A stretch of 64,000 bases of DNA from an uncultured Acidimicrobiaceae bacterium (GCA_963826835.1 CAWGYK010000005.1:3410-67409), one strand, 5' to 3'; positions 29,646-38,103 are shown, counted from the stretch's first letter. Program-made: numbers and translations. Notes: a model not told the origin generated them from the sequence alone.

Positions 29646-29756
29646 TCACTTCCGAGCGCCGTCCGGCTACGCCGTTGCCATCAAACCGGTTGGGAGCGAT
29701 CGTTGGATCGGACAGATCGGCGGGAGATGTGCCGATACGGGGCGGGCTCTGGGAAT

Positions 29757-29783
29757 CCCCTGCCGCCGGGAAGGCGGCAGGGG
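29757..29783 (+). terminator. Perfect 11-bp GC hairpin (CCCCTGCCGCC-GGGAA-GGCGGCAGGGG), possible terminator without a U tract
   Basis: Read from the sequence, 112 nt downstream of the cyclase stop. Confidence 0.35.
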
Positions 29784-30004
29784 GACATTACGGGCTGAGA
29801 GCATGACGTCGGTGGAAAGGATGGTGATAGACCTTCTTGCACCCGACGCCGCGCCAGACCTGGACGCTGATGGCGACCGCCTCCACGGTTGATGCCGAGG
29901 GCGCTCGGTCTCGCACTGGACGACGGGTGTCACAAGACCGCCCGACATGGATCACGTGGCCGAACAAGTGAAGGGGCGTCACACTTGCCACAGAGGATGA
30001 AGTC

Positions 30005-31138
30005 ATGGATACGACGTCGTTGTTGGTAGTGGGCGCCGGGCCATACGGCTTGGCGGTTGCGGCTCGAGCCCGCGAACGCGGGATCGACACCGTCGTCGTG
30101 GGCCACCCCTTGGGTTTCTGGACCGACCATATGCCCGCTGGCATGTTCCTTCGATCAGGAGTCGATTGGCATCTCGATGCGTCGGGCATACATACCCTCG
30201 AGGCATTCGTCGAGGAGCGAGGGCTCCTTCCCACCGAATTGGATCCGATTCCAATTGGCGTCTTCCTCGAGTATGCAAAGTGGTTTCAGGTGCAAAAGCA
30301 GCTCACCATTCGTGATCAGTTCGTGTCAGCCCTGGAACAGTGCGATGCACAGTTCGTGGCGTCTTTCGAAGACGGATCGCAGATGCGCGCTGAACGAGTC
30401 GTCGCAGCGGCGGGTAACGGGTACTTCGCTCACCTTCCGGAATGGGCCGCAACACTCCCCGCGGGCCTTGGCTCGCATACCAGCGACTTCGTTCGATTTG
30501 ACCAGGTTGCTGGAGAGCGAGTGTTGATCATTGGCGGCCGCCAGAGCGCCTATGAGTGGGCTGCACTTCTCGGCGAGCACAACGTCGAGCGCGTTGACAT
30601 CGTTCACCGTCACGACATCCCGCGCTTCAAGCGGGTGAGCTGGCGTTTCGTTGACGACTACATAGACGCCACAATCAGGATCCCTGGTTGGTGGCGATCA
30701 ATCTCGCGGACCGACCAGGAGCAAATCGCGCGAAGGTTCTGGGAAGTCGGTCGCTTGACGCTCGAGTGGTGGCTCCTTCCCCGCTTGATCGGTGACCGCT
30801 TCCACCTCTGGCCCAACACACAGGTTATTGGAGCAGTCGGTGAGCCCGGAGCCACGGTGGTGACACTTTCGAACGGTGAGCGGCTCAGCGTGGACCGGGT
30901 GATCTTTGCCACCGGGTACAAAGCCGAACTTGCGAATGTTCCCTACCTACGTCCCGTCATGCCGGACATTGCAGTTGTCGATGGGTTCCCAGCGCTCGAC
31001 GAGAACTTCGAGTCGTCCGTGCCGGGCCTCTACTTCCCCGGTTTCGCGGCCTCCCGTGACTTTGGTCCCTTCTTCGGATTCACAAAGGCCTGTCCGGCGG
31101 CAGCCACGCTGATCGTCGACAGATTGAACGCCGGATAG
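30005..31138 (+). CDS. FAD/NAD(P)-binding oxidoreductase (flavin monooxygenase-like)
   Basis: LLVVGAGPYGLAVAARA dinucleotide fold. Second fold VLIIGGRQSAYEWAALL. ATGY near the C-terminus. Confidence 0.8.
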   Translation: MDTTSLLVVGAGPYGLAVAARARERGIDTVVVGHPLGFWTDHMPAGMFLRSGVDWHLDASGIHTLEAFVEERGLLPTELDPIPIGVFLEYAKWFQVQKQLTIRDQFVSALEQCDAQFVASFEDGSQMRAERVVAAAGNGYFAHLPEWAATLPAGLGSHTSDFVRFDQVAGERVLIIGGRQSAYEWAALLGEHNVERVDIVHRHDIPRFKRVSWRFVDDYIDATIRIPGWWRSISRTDQEQIARRFWEVGRLTLEWWLLPRLIGDRFHLWPNTQVIGAVGEPGATVVTLSNGERLSVDRVIFATGYKAELANVPYLRPVMPDIAVVDGFPALDENFESSVPGLYFPGFAASRDFGPFFGFTKACPAAATLIVDRLNAG

Positions 31139-31348
31139 GCGTCTTGCGACCCGTGGGCACCCCCTGAACGCCTGGCTTCTGAGACCACCATCGAGTTGTA
31201 CGGTTCCTCTTTCTCCGGGGCTGGCCGAGGTGTCCCAGTTTCGCAGGCACTGGGGCGTCGCGGTCCTGGGTGCCATAGTCGGACGCCGATGTGATGACGC
31301 ATCGTCCGGATGAACCGCGGCATTGGCGGCCGTGCGAACATATCGTTG

Positions 31349-32557
31349 ATGGTTGTTGACCCGCTCGATGCCTCAGCGGGCGTGCCTTATGACGCCTTGG
31401 CTGTGTTACGCCACGAGTGCCCCGTCTCACGGACCCCCTCGGGCACCTACTTCCTGGCCCGTCATGACGATGTGCTCGCGGCCACGAAGAACGTCGAGAC
31501 GTTCCACGCAAGTTTCCGGGCCGCTGGTGTGGTGGTGCCCATGGAGGAGCAACTCATCAGCGAGATCCCCGAACCGCGCCACGGCAAGATCCGCCGGATC
31601 GTCAACTCGGCGATCGCACAACATCGCATCAGCCGGGTAGAGCCATTCGTCCGGGAGTTGTGCCACGAACTACTGGATCGGATCGTCGCACGAGGTGGCG
31701 GCGATCTCTTGGCCGACTACGTCACACCCATTCCGGCCACCGTGATCGCTCATCTCCTCGGCGTCAATCCTGCGGATCACGCCCGCTTTGCCGAGTGGTC
31801 CGACATCGTCGTGCAATCCGCGTACGCAACGATGAACCGCCGAGAGGACGGAGTTGACGGCGAGGGTCTCGCCGGCGTAGCGCCAGACTTCACTGCGTAC
31901 CTCGACGCGATGATTGCCGAACGCAAGGCTTCGACGGATCCACCCGATGACTTCGTCACTCGGCTCATCACTACCGACGTCGATGGCGAGCGTCTCACCG
32001 ATCTCGAGATGCGCACGCAACTGGCGTTTTTGCTCATGTCCGGCAACGAGACCACGCGACATCTGATCGCAAACTTGCTCGAAACCGTGTGCACAGATGC
32101 CGCCCTCCTCGCACGATTGCATATGGAGCGGGACCTGGTGCCGATCGTGGTCGAGGAGTCACTCCGACATGATTCGCCGATCCACGCATTGATGCGCGAT
32201 TGCCTCGCGGACATTACGATCGACGGTGTCACGATCCCGGCCGGCGTCAAGGTCGGCTTTGGACTTGCCTCCGCAAATCGCGACGAACGAACCTATGACG
32301 CCCCCGACGAGTTCCGGCTCGATCGCCCGAACGCGAAAGGCCACCTCGCCTTCGGGGGCGGGCCCCACGTCTGTCCCGGCGCGGCACTGGCGCGACTCGA
32401 AGGCCGAGTAGCCCTCGATGTGTTCATCGATCTGGTCGATCGAGCCCGTGTCGAGAGCGGCTACCGACGCGAACCCGTACCTGTGTTCTGGGCCAATGGC
32501 CCCCGCCGACTCCCCGTCAACCTGACCGGAGTCGCCCCCGACGCATCGCGCGCCTAG
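31349..32557 (+). CDS. Cytochrome P450
   Basis: I-helix FLLMSGNETT, ExxR in VEESLRHDSP, heme loop FGGGPHVCPGAALAR. Confidence 0.9.
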   Translation: MVVDPLDASAGVPYDALAVLRHECPVSRTPSGTYFLARHDDVLAATKNVETFHASFRAAGVVVPMEEQLISEIPEPRHGKIRRIVNSAIAQHRISRVEPFVRELCHELLDRIVARGGGDLLADYVTPIPATVIAHLLGVNPADHARFAEWSDIVVQSAYATMNRREDGVDGEGLAGVAPDFTAYLDAMIAERKASTDPPDDFVTRLITTDVDGERLTDLEMRTQLAFLLMSGNETTRHLIANLLETVCTDAALLARLHMERDLVPIVVEESLRHDSPIHALMRDCLADITIDGVTIPAGVKVGFGLASANRDERTYDAPDEFRLDRPNAKGHLAFGGGPHVCPGAALARLEGRVALDVFIDLVDRARVESGYRREPVPVFWANGPRRLPVNLTGVAPDASRA

Positions 32558-32592
32558 ACAACAACCAAGACGCCGACAACAGGCCTACCCTT

Positions 32593-32657
32593 CGTCACAT
32601 GTGACAGAACGGGCATCCCCGAACCTGGGCGTGGCCGAACGGCACATTGGGGATAGG
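32593..32657 (+). repeat. Short motif copy b (GTCACATGTGAC...CCTGGGC...CACATTGGGGATA)
   Basis: Aligns by eye with 42988-43039 and more weakly with 45248-45300. Its 3' half resembles the 3' end of the 270-bp repeats. Confidence 0.45.
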
Positions 32658-32704
32658 GGCGAAGGTCCGAATGGGACGGCGGGGCTCACAGAGACCCCGG
32701 GGGC

Positions 32705-33037
32705 CTAGGACGGGGCGTCTGGAGGCGGCTCGTGCACGGCGGCCTCCCAGACCTTGCCGGACAGGCGCACGGCCACCACTCGGGAGACGGCGATGCCCAC
32801 GGCCATGGAGGTGGCCCAGGTGAGGGCGGCGGCCCAGGTAACTCTGCGGTCCGCCGGGCCGCTCGGAGGGGGCTCGTGGCGCACCAGGCGCCAGGCCATG
32901 GTGAGCAAGCGCTGGGTCACGATGGCAGCCACGGCCACCGAGGCGGCGTTGACCACCTTCCAGCCCAAGTTCTTCTGCTCGGGGCTGGCGTTGAGGGGCT
33001 TGTGAGGCCTCCAGGTGTGGTGGTAGCGAGGCTCCAT
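32705..33037 (-). CDS. DUF4235-like small membrane-associated protein
   Basis: KVVNAASVAVAAIVTQRLLTMAWRLV...AAALTWATSMAVGIAVSRVVAVRLSGKVWE pattern. Confidence 0.55.
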   Translation of the reverse strand: MEPRYHHTWRPHKPLNASPEQKNLGWKVVNAASVAVAAIVTQRLLTMAWRLVRHEPPPSGPADRRVTWAAALTWATSMAVGIAVSRVVAVRLSGKVWEAAVHEPPPDAPS

Positions 33038-33144
33038 GTGCCTGCAATGATGCCCCCCCTACCACCGGGTTTCAACTGACGTTCCACAACCGATCGGGGG
33101 CCATAGCGCCGGCGCGACCGAACAGGCCCTGTTCGCCTTGGGCA

Positions 33145-33169
33145 CGCCGGTGCTCGATGTCATGAGACA
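33145..33169 (+). mobile_element. Solo IS481-type terminal inverted repeat remnant
   Basis: CGCCGGTGCTCGATGTCATGAGACA matches the right end of the intact IS481 (CGTCGGTGCTCGATGTCTTGAGACA at 51475-51499), with 2 mismatches. Confidence 0.6.
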
Positions 33170-33176
33170 TCACAAC

Positions 33177-33456
33177 GGGATAGGAGATAAGGGGTCTCGA
33201 AACGCCGCACCCCCGCACCCGCGCCACCGCCCCAAATTCGAAAAACACACCTCGCCCCCCTCCCCCCAGAGTCCCCATTTTGCGCCCACCGGCCACCGCC
33301 CACCGGAGGCGGGCAGATAGGCGTCCCATCCAACGCCAGCCGTCTAGCGCATCAGCCCGGCGCCGCCCGGGAACGGGGTTCAGACGGGGCACTCCGGGGC
33401 GTGATCTTGGTGGACGAGGTCGAGCGAGGCCCTGCCCCATACCGGCACTTCGGGGC
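33177..33456 (+). repeat. Copy C2 of the ~270-bp non-coding repeat family
   Basis: Roughly 90% identical (by eye) to the reverse complement of 49909-50184. It differs by about 20 substitutions and indels of 1 and 6 nt. Confidence 0.85.
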
Positions 33457-33685
33457 GGGTCTGCGGCCCCTGGTCCGGGTTGTTGGGGCAGGGACTCAGA
33501 AGCGCCAGCCTCGACGACACGAGCGCCGAACGCCGGATATTTCCGCCTAGGACGAATCATCCATCACCTCGCGGCGCTCCTTGGCTGCATTTTGCCAGAA
33601 GGATCTCGCCAGACGTATTTGGTGCCCGGGCGGTTGGGAGTGCCCGCCACTCGAACTTTCTGGGGGTCCGCGGACACTATTAGGT

Positions 33686-34261
33686 ATGCCCACGCTCTCC
33701 GAAGATGCCGACAGCGACCTGCTGGCGATGGCTGGGAGCGAACCAGAGGCCTTCGGTGAACTGTTTAGGCGATATTCGCGCTCCGTCTATGCCTACTGCG
33801 CCCGGCGGACTGGCAACCTCGATCTTGCCGAGGATCTAACCAGCGTCGTGTTTATGGAGGCGTTCCGACGCCGACGCAAGCTGCAGCTCTCGAACGCGAG
33901 CGCACTGCCCTGGTTAATCGGTGTGGCCAACAACGTCGTTCGAAACGCTGATCGCTCGCTCCGACGTTATCGATCGGCGCTCGATCGCATTCCTGTCCCG
34001 GCGGACGGTGCGAGTTCCGAAGAGAACACGATGGAACGCCTCGGGGCACAAGAGGCACTTGCCGGCGCCCTGGAAGCGATATCGGCACTCACCCAAGGAG
34101 AACAGGACGTCGTCCTCCTCGTCCTGTGGAGCGAGTTCACGTACGCAGACACGGCAACGGTGCTCGGTATCCCGGTCGGCACCGTCCGCTCTCGTCTGGC
34201 CAGCGCCCGTGCCAAGTTCAAGGACTCTGCCCCGATCACCTCGACGACCCTGACTCAATAA
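33686..34261 (+). CDS. ECF-type RNA polymerase sigma-70 family factor
   Basis: Region 2 DLAEDLTSVVFMEAFRR. Region 4 EFTYADTATVLGIPVGTVRSRLASARAKF. Confidence 0.85.
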   Translation: MPTLSEDADSDLLAMAGSEPEAFGELFRRYSRSVYAYCARRTGNLDLAEDLTSVVFMEAFRRRRKLQLSNASALPWLIGVANNVVRNADRSLRRYRSALDRIPVPADGASSEENTMERLGAQEALAGALEAISALTQGEQDVVLLVLWSEFTYADTATVLGIPVGTVRSRLASARAKFKDSAPITSTTLTQ

Positions 34262-34275
34262 GAAAAGGAGTACTT

Positions 34276-35067
34276 ATGAACGTTCTCGACACCCCACTCG
34301 TCCCCACCCTTAGTGATTTCCGACTGTCAACTCGGCAGGAGCACCTCGTGCAGGAGATCGCGGGGCGCCGCCGAAATCGACGGAGAGGTGGCCTGGCGCT
34401 AGGCGGCGGTGCCTTCGTCGCGGGTGGCGTCACGACGGCCTTGCTCGTCCTGGCCGGTCCGGGCACCGCGAACGCGTTTGCGGCCTGGACGGCTGCGCCG
34501 ACGACGCCCGCGCCCGGCCAGGTATCGAGCGCCGAGGCGACCTGCGAAGCCGCGGCGGCCACACCGCCACCTGACAAGACGGCGGGATTGGCCACGGGAG
34601 CAACCCAAGTGTCGCTCGTCGACACTCGCGGACCCTTTACACTGGTCTTGTTCGGGGCAAACACGTCTACCACCCTCTTCTGCGTGAGCGGCCCGTCGAT
34701 CAATTCCAGCGCCCAAGCCAATTCGCAAATGACGGCAATCGGCGGCCAGCCGGTATTACCCGAGGCTGGCCAGATTGCCGTCGACCGGCTACAAGCCGAT
34801 TCTGCCAACGGCCAGGCCTACACGATCGCCGAAGGCTCGGTGGGCCCAGGCGTAACGGCCGCGACGTTGGTGCTGAGCGATGGCTCGGATGTCGTCACCA
34901 CAGCTGGCAACGGCCTCTTCCTCGCCTGGTGGCCTGGTAGTGCGGTCGTCACGTCAGCGACAGTAACCACTGCTGCAGGAACGACTACTCAGCCGATCAG
35001 CTCTTCGACACCGGATACCGGCGGTTCTGGCAACACTGTCAAGCGATCCCTCGACATCGGCCAGTGA
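34276..35067 (+). CDS. Single-pass membrane protein downstream of the ECF sigma (candidate anti-sigma/partner)
   Basis: AAAGGAG SD, starting 14 nt after the sigma stop. Short cytoplasmic N-terminus, TM segment GGLALGGGAFVAGGVTTALLVLAG, Ala/Thr-rich extracytoplasmic domain. No canonical zinc anti-sigma motif seen. Confidence 0.55.
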   Translation: MNVLDTPLVPTLSDFRLSTRQEHLVQEIAGRRRNRRRGGLALGGGAFVAGGVTTALLVLAGPGTANAFAAWTAAPTTPAPGQVSSAEATCEAAAATPPPDKTAGLATGATQVSLVDTRGPFTLVLFGANTSTTLFCVSGPSINSSAQANSQMTAIGGQPVLPEAGQIAVDRLQADSANGQAYTIAEGSVGPGVTAATLVLSDGSDVVTTAGNGLFLAWWPGSAVVTSATVTTAAGTTTQPISSSTPDTGGSGNTVKRSLDIGQ

Positions 35068-35199
35068 CAGGCGAGGTCGTTCTCTTGTCAGCCGCCCAAA
35101 CGACGGTTACCTCGCTTCAGAGTCTCCACCCCTAGGGCCGCCGGGTCGCCCCAAAGGTGCCCCCGTACGCCTGTGGTGTGGGACAGACTCGACGTGCAC

Positions 35200-35700
35200 C
35201 TATGAGGTCCGCAGCGTCGCGTCGGTCTCAAGGAGTGTTTTGAGACTGGAAAGGACAGCCGGCCAGCCTTCCGAGATGCCTTGGAGAACGGCGCTACCGG
35301 TCTCGAACCCGTCGTGGACGACCGTGAGCTTCACGGTCCCGTGCCCGACCTCCTCGATGTCAAAGGCCACCCTGGAGCGGGGTTCAGCACGCCAGACTTC
35401 GGCGGTGGCATCGTCCATGCCAACCTCGGCGGCCCACTCGGGCGTGATCGTGTGCCAGGTATAGGACAGCCGGCGATAGGGATCAGACTCGAGGATCACC
35501 TGTTCGGGGTCGCTCACGACCAGCCCGACTTCCTCATGCAACATGTCGTATGTCGAGCCCTGTTTCCAGTCCGAAATGAAGGTCTTCTCACCAGCCCTCT
35601 GATGGCGCCAGTAGCGTTTCATCAGCGAGGGGTCAGTGAGTCCCTTCCAGACCTGCTCGGGAGTCGCCTGGATGTAGATCGGGTAAGCGAAGCTCGTCAT
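35200..35700 (-). CDS. SRPBCC / Aha1-domain protein
   Basis: IYIQATPEQVWKGLTDPSLMKRYW, LTVVHDGFETGSAVLQGISEGWPAVLSSLKTLLE. Confidence 0.8.
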   Translation of the reverse strand: MTSFAYPIYIQATPEQVWKGLTDPSLMKRYWRHQRAGEKTFISDWKQGSTYDMLHEEVGLVVSDPEQVILESDPYRRLSYTWHTITPEWAAEVGMDDATAEVWRAEPRSRVAFDIEEVGHGTVKLTVVHDGFETGSAVLQGISEGWPAVLSSLKTLLETDATLRTS

Positions 35701-35871
35701 TTGGTTCTGCTCCAGTCGTCGAGTTCCTGTTGAGAAACACTGCCATGGGTCTCATGGTCCATGGCAGTGCGAGGTGGAACCTCGGGGAGGACGTAGCCCC
35801 GTCCGCCGGACTCGAGCGCGGCTGATCGGCACGAGTAGGGCAGACGTCGAATCACTAGGTATGGACCCGTA

Positions 35872-35920
35872 GTGTCGGGCCGCCTGGTCGATGATCGACT
35901 AGTCATCAGCGGCCCGACAC
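35872..35920. other. Hairpin with a perfect 12-bp stem (GTGTCGGGCCGC ... GCGGCCCGACAC) and a 25-nt loop
   Basis: Read from the sequence. It abuts the 3' side of the tRNA-like element. Confidence 0.5.
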
Positions 35921-35925
35921 CCGGG

Positions 35926-36000
35926 TGGGCGCCCCGGCCGGGAATCGAACCCGGAGCATCCGCTTAGTCAGGGCAGAGCTGTCATCCAGACCCAGGGCGC
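35926..36000 (-). other. tRNA-like element / probable tRNA pseudogene
   Basis: Canonical T arm CCGGG-TTCGATT-CCCGG and terminal CCA. A 7-bp acceptor (CGCCCTG/CGGGGCG) forms only if one extra C is tolerated. The D arm is weak and the anticodon loop has 8-9 nt around CTGACTAA. About 60% similar to the tRNA-Arg at 51506-51581. Confidence 0.35.
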
Positions 36001-36076
36001 TTGAAGGACCGTATCGAGGCGATGTGACACTTCGTCCTGATAATCTGAAGTCAGTCAGGGCAGAGCTGTTGTCGTG

Positions 36077-36102
36077 CGAAGGGGCTCCACGGAGCCCCTT
36101 CG
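36077..36102. other. Perfect GC-rich hairpin (CGAAGGGGCTCC-AC-GGAGCCCCTTCG)
   Basis: Read from the sequence. No U tract on either strand. Confidence 0.45.
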
Positions 36103-36229
36103 GCGCGTCCAGCCACAACAAATCAGAAGTCCGTGGTGTCCCCTACCGCCGGGGACGGTCACACATTTTGGGTCGGGCTAACGCACCCTCTCAGGGCGTC
36201 GAGGCGCCAGTCGCGTCAGGATGTGGGAC

Positions 36230-37563
36230 ATGGAGGACCTACCGCAAACCAGGTATGCCGCGGTTGCCGACGCGGACGTTGCGTATCAGCTCTTCGGGTC
36301 GGGTCCGGTGAAGTTGATGTACTTCTGGGGGCTGGGCACCCATGTCGAGCTGAACTGGGATACCCCGGCCGACGCCGATTTTCTTCGGCGTCTGGGTTCT
36401 ATTGGTCGGGTCGTCGCATTCGACCGGCGAGGAACGGGGGCATCAGATGGGGTGGCCCGTTCAGGTATGCCGACCTGGGAAGACTGGGCCGAGGACATTC
36501 GGGCGGTCCTAGACGCCATCGGCTGGGAGCGGGTGGCGATCGTCGCCGAGGGTGACGCGGGTCAATAGCGATTCTGTTCGCGGCGATCCATCCCGAACGG
36601 GTGAGCGCATTGTTGCTTTCGAACACCACGGCCCGAGTTTTGGCCGCCCCCGACTATCCCGCTGGCCTGGATTCCGAAGTCGCAGAGGCCGGCGTCATGG
36701 TCCTTTCCAGCCTGTGGGGCACCACGGATCTGGTTCGTCTGCTCTTTCCAAGCCTGGCCAGCGACGAGGCATCGCTCCGTTCCGTCGCCCGCTGCCAGCG
36801 CGCCTCTGCGACACCTCGGACTGCCGAAGCTCAATTTCGCTACATCATGGGTGTCGATGTTCGCAATGCGTTGTCCTTGGTTCAGGTCCCGACTCTCGTA
36901 GTTCATAACGACGACAATCAGGCTTTCCCCTTAGCTCAAGGGCGCTACCTCGCTGAACATATCCCGGGCGCCAAGATGGTCACCCTGTCGGGATCGGACA
37001 CGACAGGATCACAGGTAACCGATCAGTATCTCGACGCGATCGGCGAGTTCCTCACTGGCCAAAAGCCCGCTCCTCAACCCAACCGTGTGTTGGCAAGCGT
37101 TCTCTTCACCGACATTGTGAAATCTACGGAGACGGCGGCAGCGATGGGCGACAGTCGATGGCGCCACCTTCTCGATGTGCACGACCGGGTCGTTCGTCAA
37201 GAACTCGATCGGTTCCAAGGTCGGGAAGTCAATACCACCGGAGACGGGTTCGTCGTGGCCTTCGATGGCCCCGCCTCAGGTATCCGTTGCGGTGAGGCAA
37301 TCATTGGCGCTCTGAGTGGCCGAGGCATTGGAGTCCGAGTTGGTTTGCACACCGGCGAATGTGAACGTCGGGACGATGACCTCGCCGGTCTGGCCGTCCA
37401 CATCGCAGCAAGAGTGGCCGGCCTCGCGGAACCGAGCCAAATGTTGGTCACCTCTACCGTGAAGGATCTTGTTCTCGGCAGTGGCATCCAATTCTCCGAC
37501 GCTGGCCTCCACGACCTGAAGGGTGTGCCCGGGTCGTGGCATCTCTACCGGGCGATAATGTGA
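36230..37563 (+). pseudogene. Alpha/beta-hydrolase-class III cyclase fusion, paralog of 17241..18599, interrupted by a frameshift at 36556-36565
   Basis: Tracked ORFs 36221..36568 and 36601..37563 are two halves. Frame 1 ends ...VAIVAEGDAGQ*. Frame 3 continues GSIAILFAAIHPERVSALLLSNTTARV, which parallels GGAMAALWLAATHPERVVSLIIVNGTARV in the intact paralog. Cyclase strings: VLFTDIVKSTE, TTGDGFVVAF, VRVGLHTGECERRDDDLAGLAVHIAARV. Confidence 0.75.
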
Positions 37564-37710
37564 TCTCCGTCCCCGTACACCGGGAATGGGTGCGGCCCTT
37601 GGGCACATGGTGGGAAAACCCTCAGCTAATCGTTGGAGTTCCGTTGAGTACCGGAGCCAGCCGGATAGAGGCGGCTGTGTGGGTCGATCCATGCCTAAAA
37701 TTGCCCCACG

Positions 37711-38103
37711 ATGCGGCCCTCCCGAATCATTATCGCTGCGGTCACGGCTGCAGTTCTCGGACTGGGACTAACGGCGTTATTCAGTGCGGGTGGCGGCACA
37801 ACGCAGACCAATTCTGTGGCCACGGTGGAAGTCGGCGTAGCAAAGCCGTCCATCCAGTCAGAGATAACGGTTCCCAACGTCAGGGGAGAAACCGGGGTTC
37901 AGGCCTCCCAAGCGTTCTTCGCGCTCGGGCTCCAGGCGGTCTACGCCGCAGACATCACTCAGCCGGGAGCAAAGGCAGGCACGGTCTTGGAGCAATTGCC
38001 CGCAGCGGGGTCGAGGGTCGCCTTGGATGACACCACAATTCATCTGACGATTGCCGCATCGGGTCCCAGTAGCGTTCGATTCGTCCCTCATCGCAGGGGT
38101 TGA
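37711..38103 (+). CDS. Membrane-anchored PASTA domain protein
   Basis: Anchor IIIAAVTAAVLGLGLTALF. PASTA-like VPNVRGETGVQASQAFFALGLQAVYAADITQPGAKAGTVLEQLPAAGSRVALDDTTIHLTIA. Confidence 0.6.
   Translation: MRPSRIIIAAVTAAVLGLGLTALFSAGGGTTQTNSVATVEVGVAKPSIQSEITVPNVRGETGVQASQAFFALGLQAVYAADITQPGAKAGTVLEQLPAAGSRVALDDTTIHLTIAASGPSSVRFVPHRRG

Noticed and set aside
29646-30004. Possible small gene or ncRNA in the 360-bp gap after the TPR-cyclase (ORFs 29667..29948 and 29788..30234 on the minus strand).
   Set aside because: The frames look non-coding. Only the perfect hairpin at 29757-29783 is supported.
33138-33320. 60-aa ORF over repeat C2 and 63-aa ORF 50047..50238 over repeat C3, sharing IGDKGSRNAAPP...PTGH. 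Could the repeat encode a small protein?
   Set aside because: Alignment of C2 and C3 has 1-nt and 6-nt indels, and substitutions are not biased to third positions. C1 has a stop in the corresponding frame. The peptide is Pro-rich and low-complexity. The repeat is treated as non-coding.
35697-35906. 69-aa minus-strand ORF upstream of the Aha1/SRPBCC gene, considered as the usual ArsR-family partner.
   Set aside because: No winged-helix/ArsR strings, poor coding look, and it runs into the hairpin/tRNA-like region. It is probably a non-coding or eroded remnant.
35872-36160. tmRNA (ssrA) hypothesis for the tRNA-like T arm plus upstream structured region.
   Set aside because: No 5' GGGG...acceptor partner with the G:U pair. 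No plausible tag ORF ending in ...LAA. The region is far shorter than a ~350-400-nt tmRNA.
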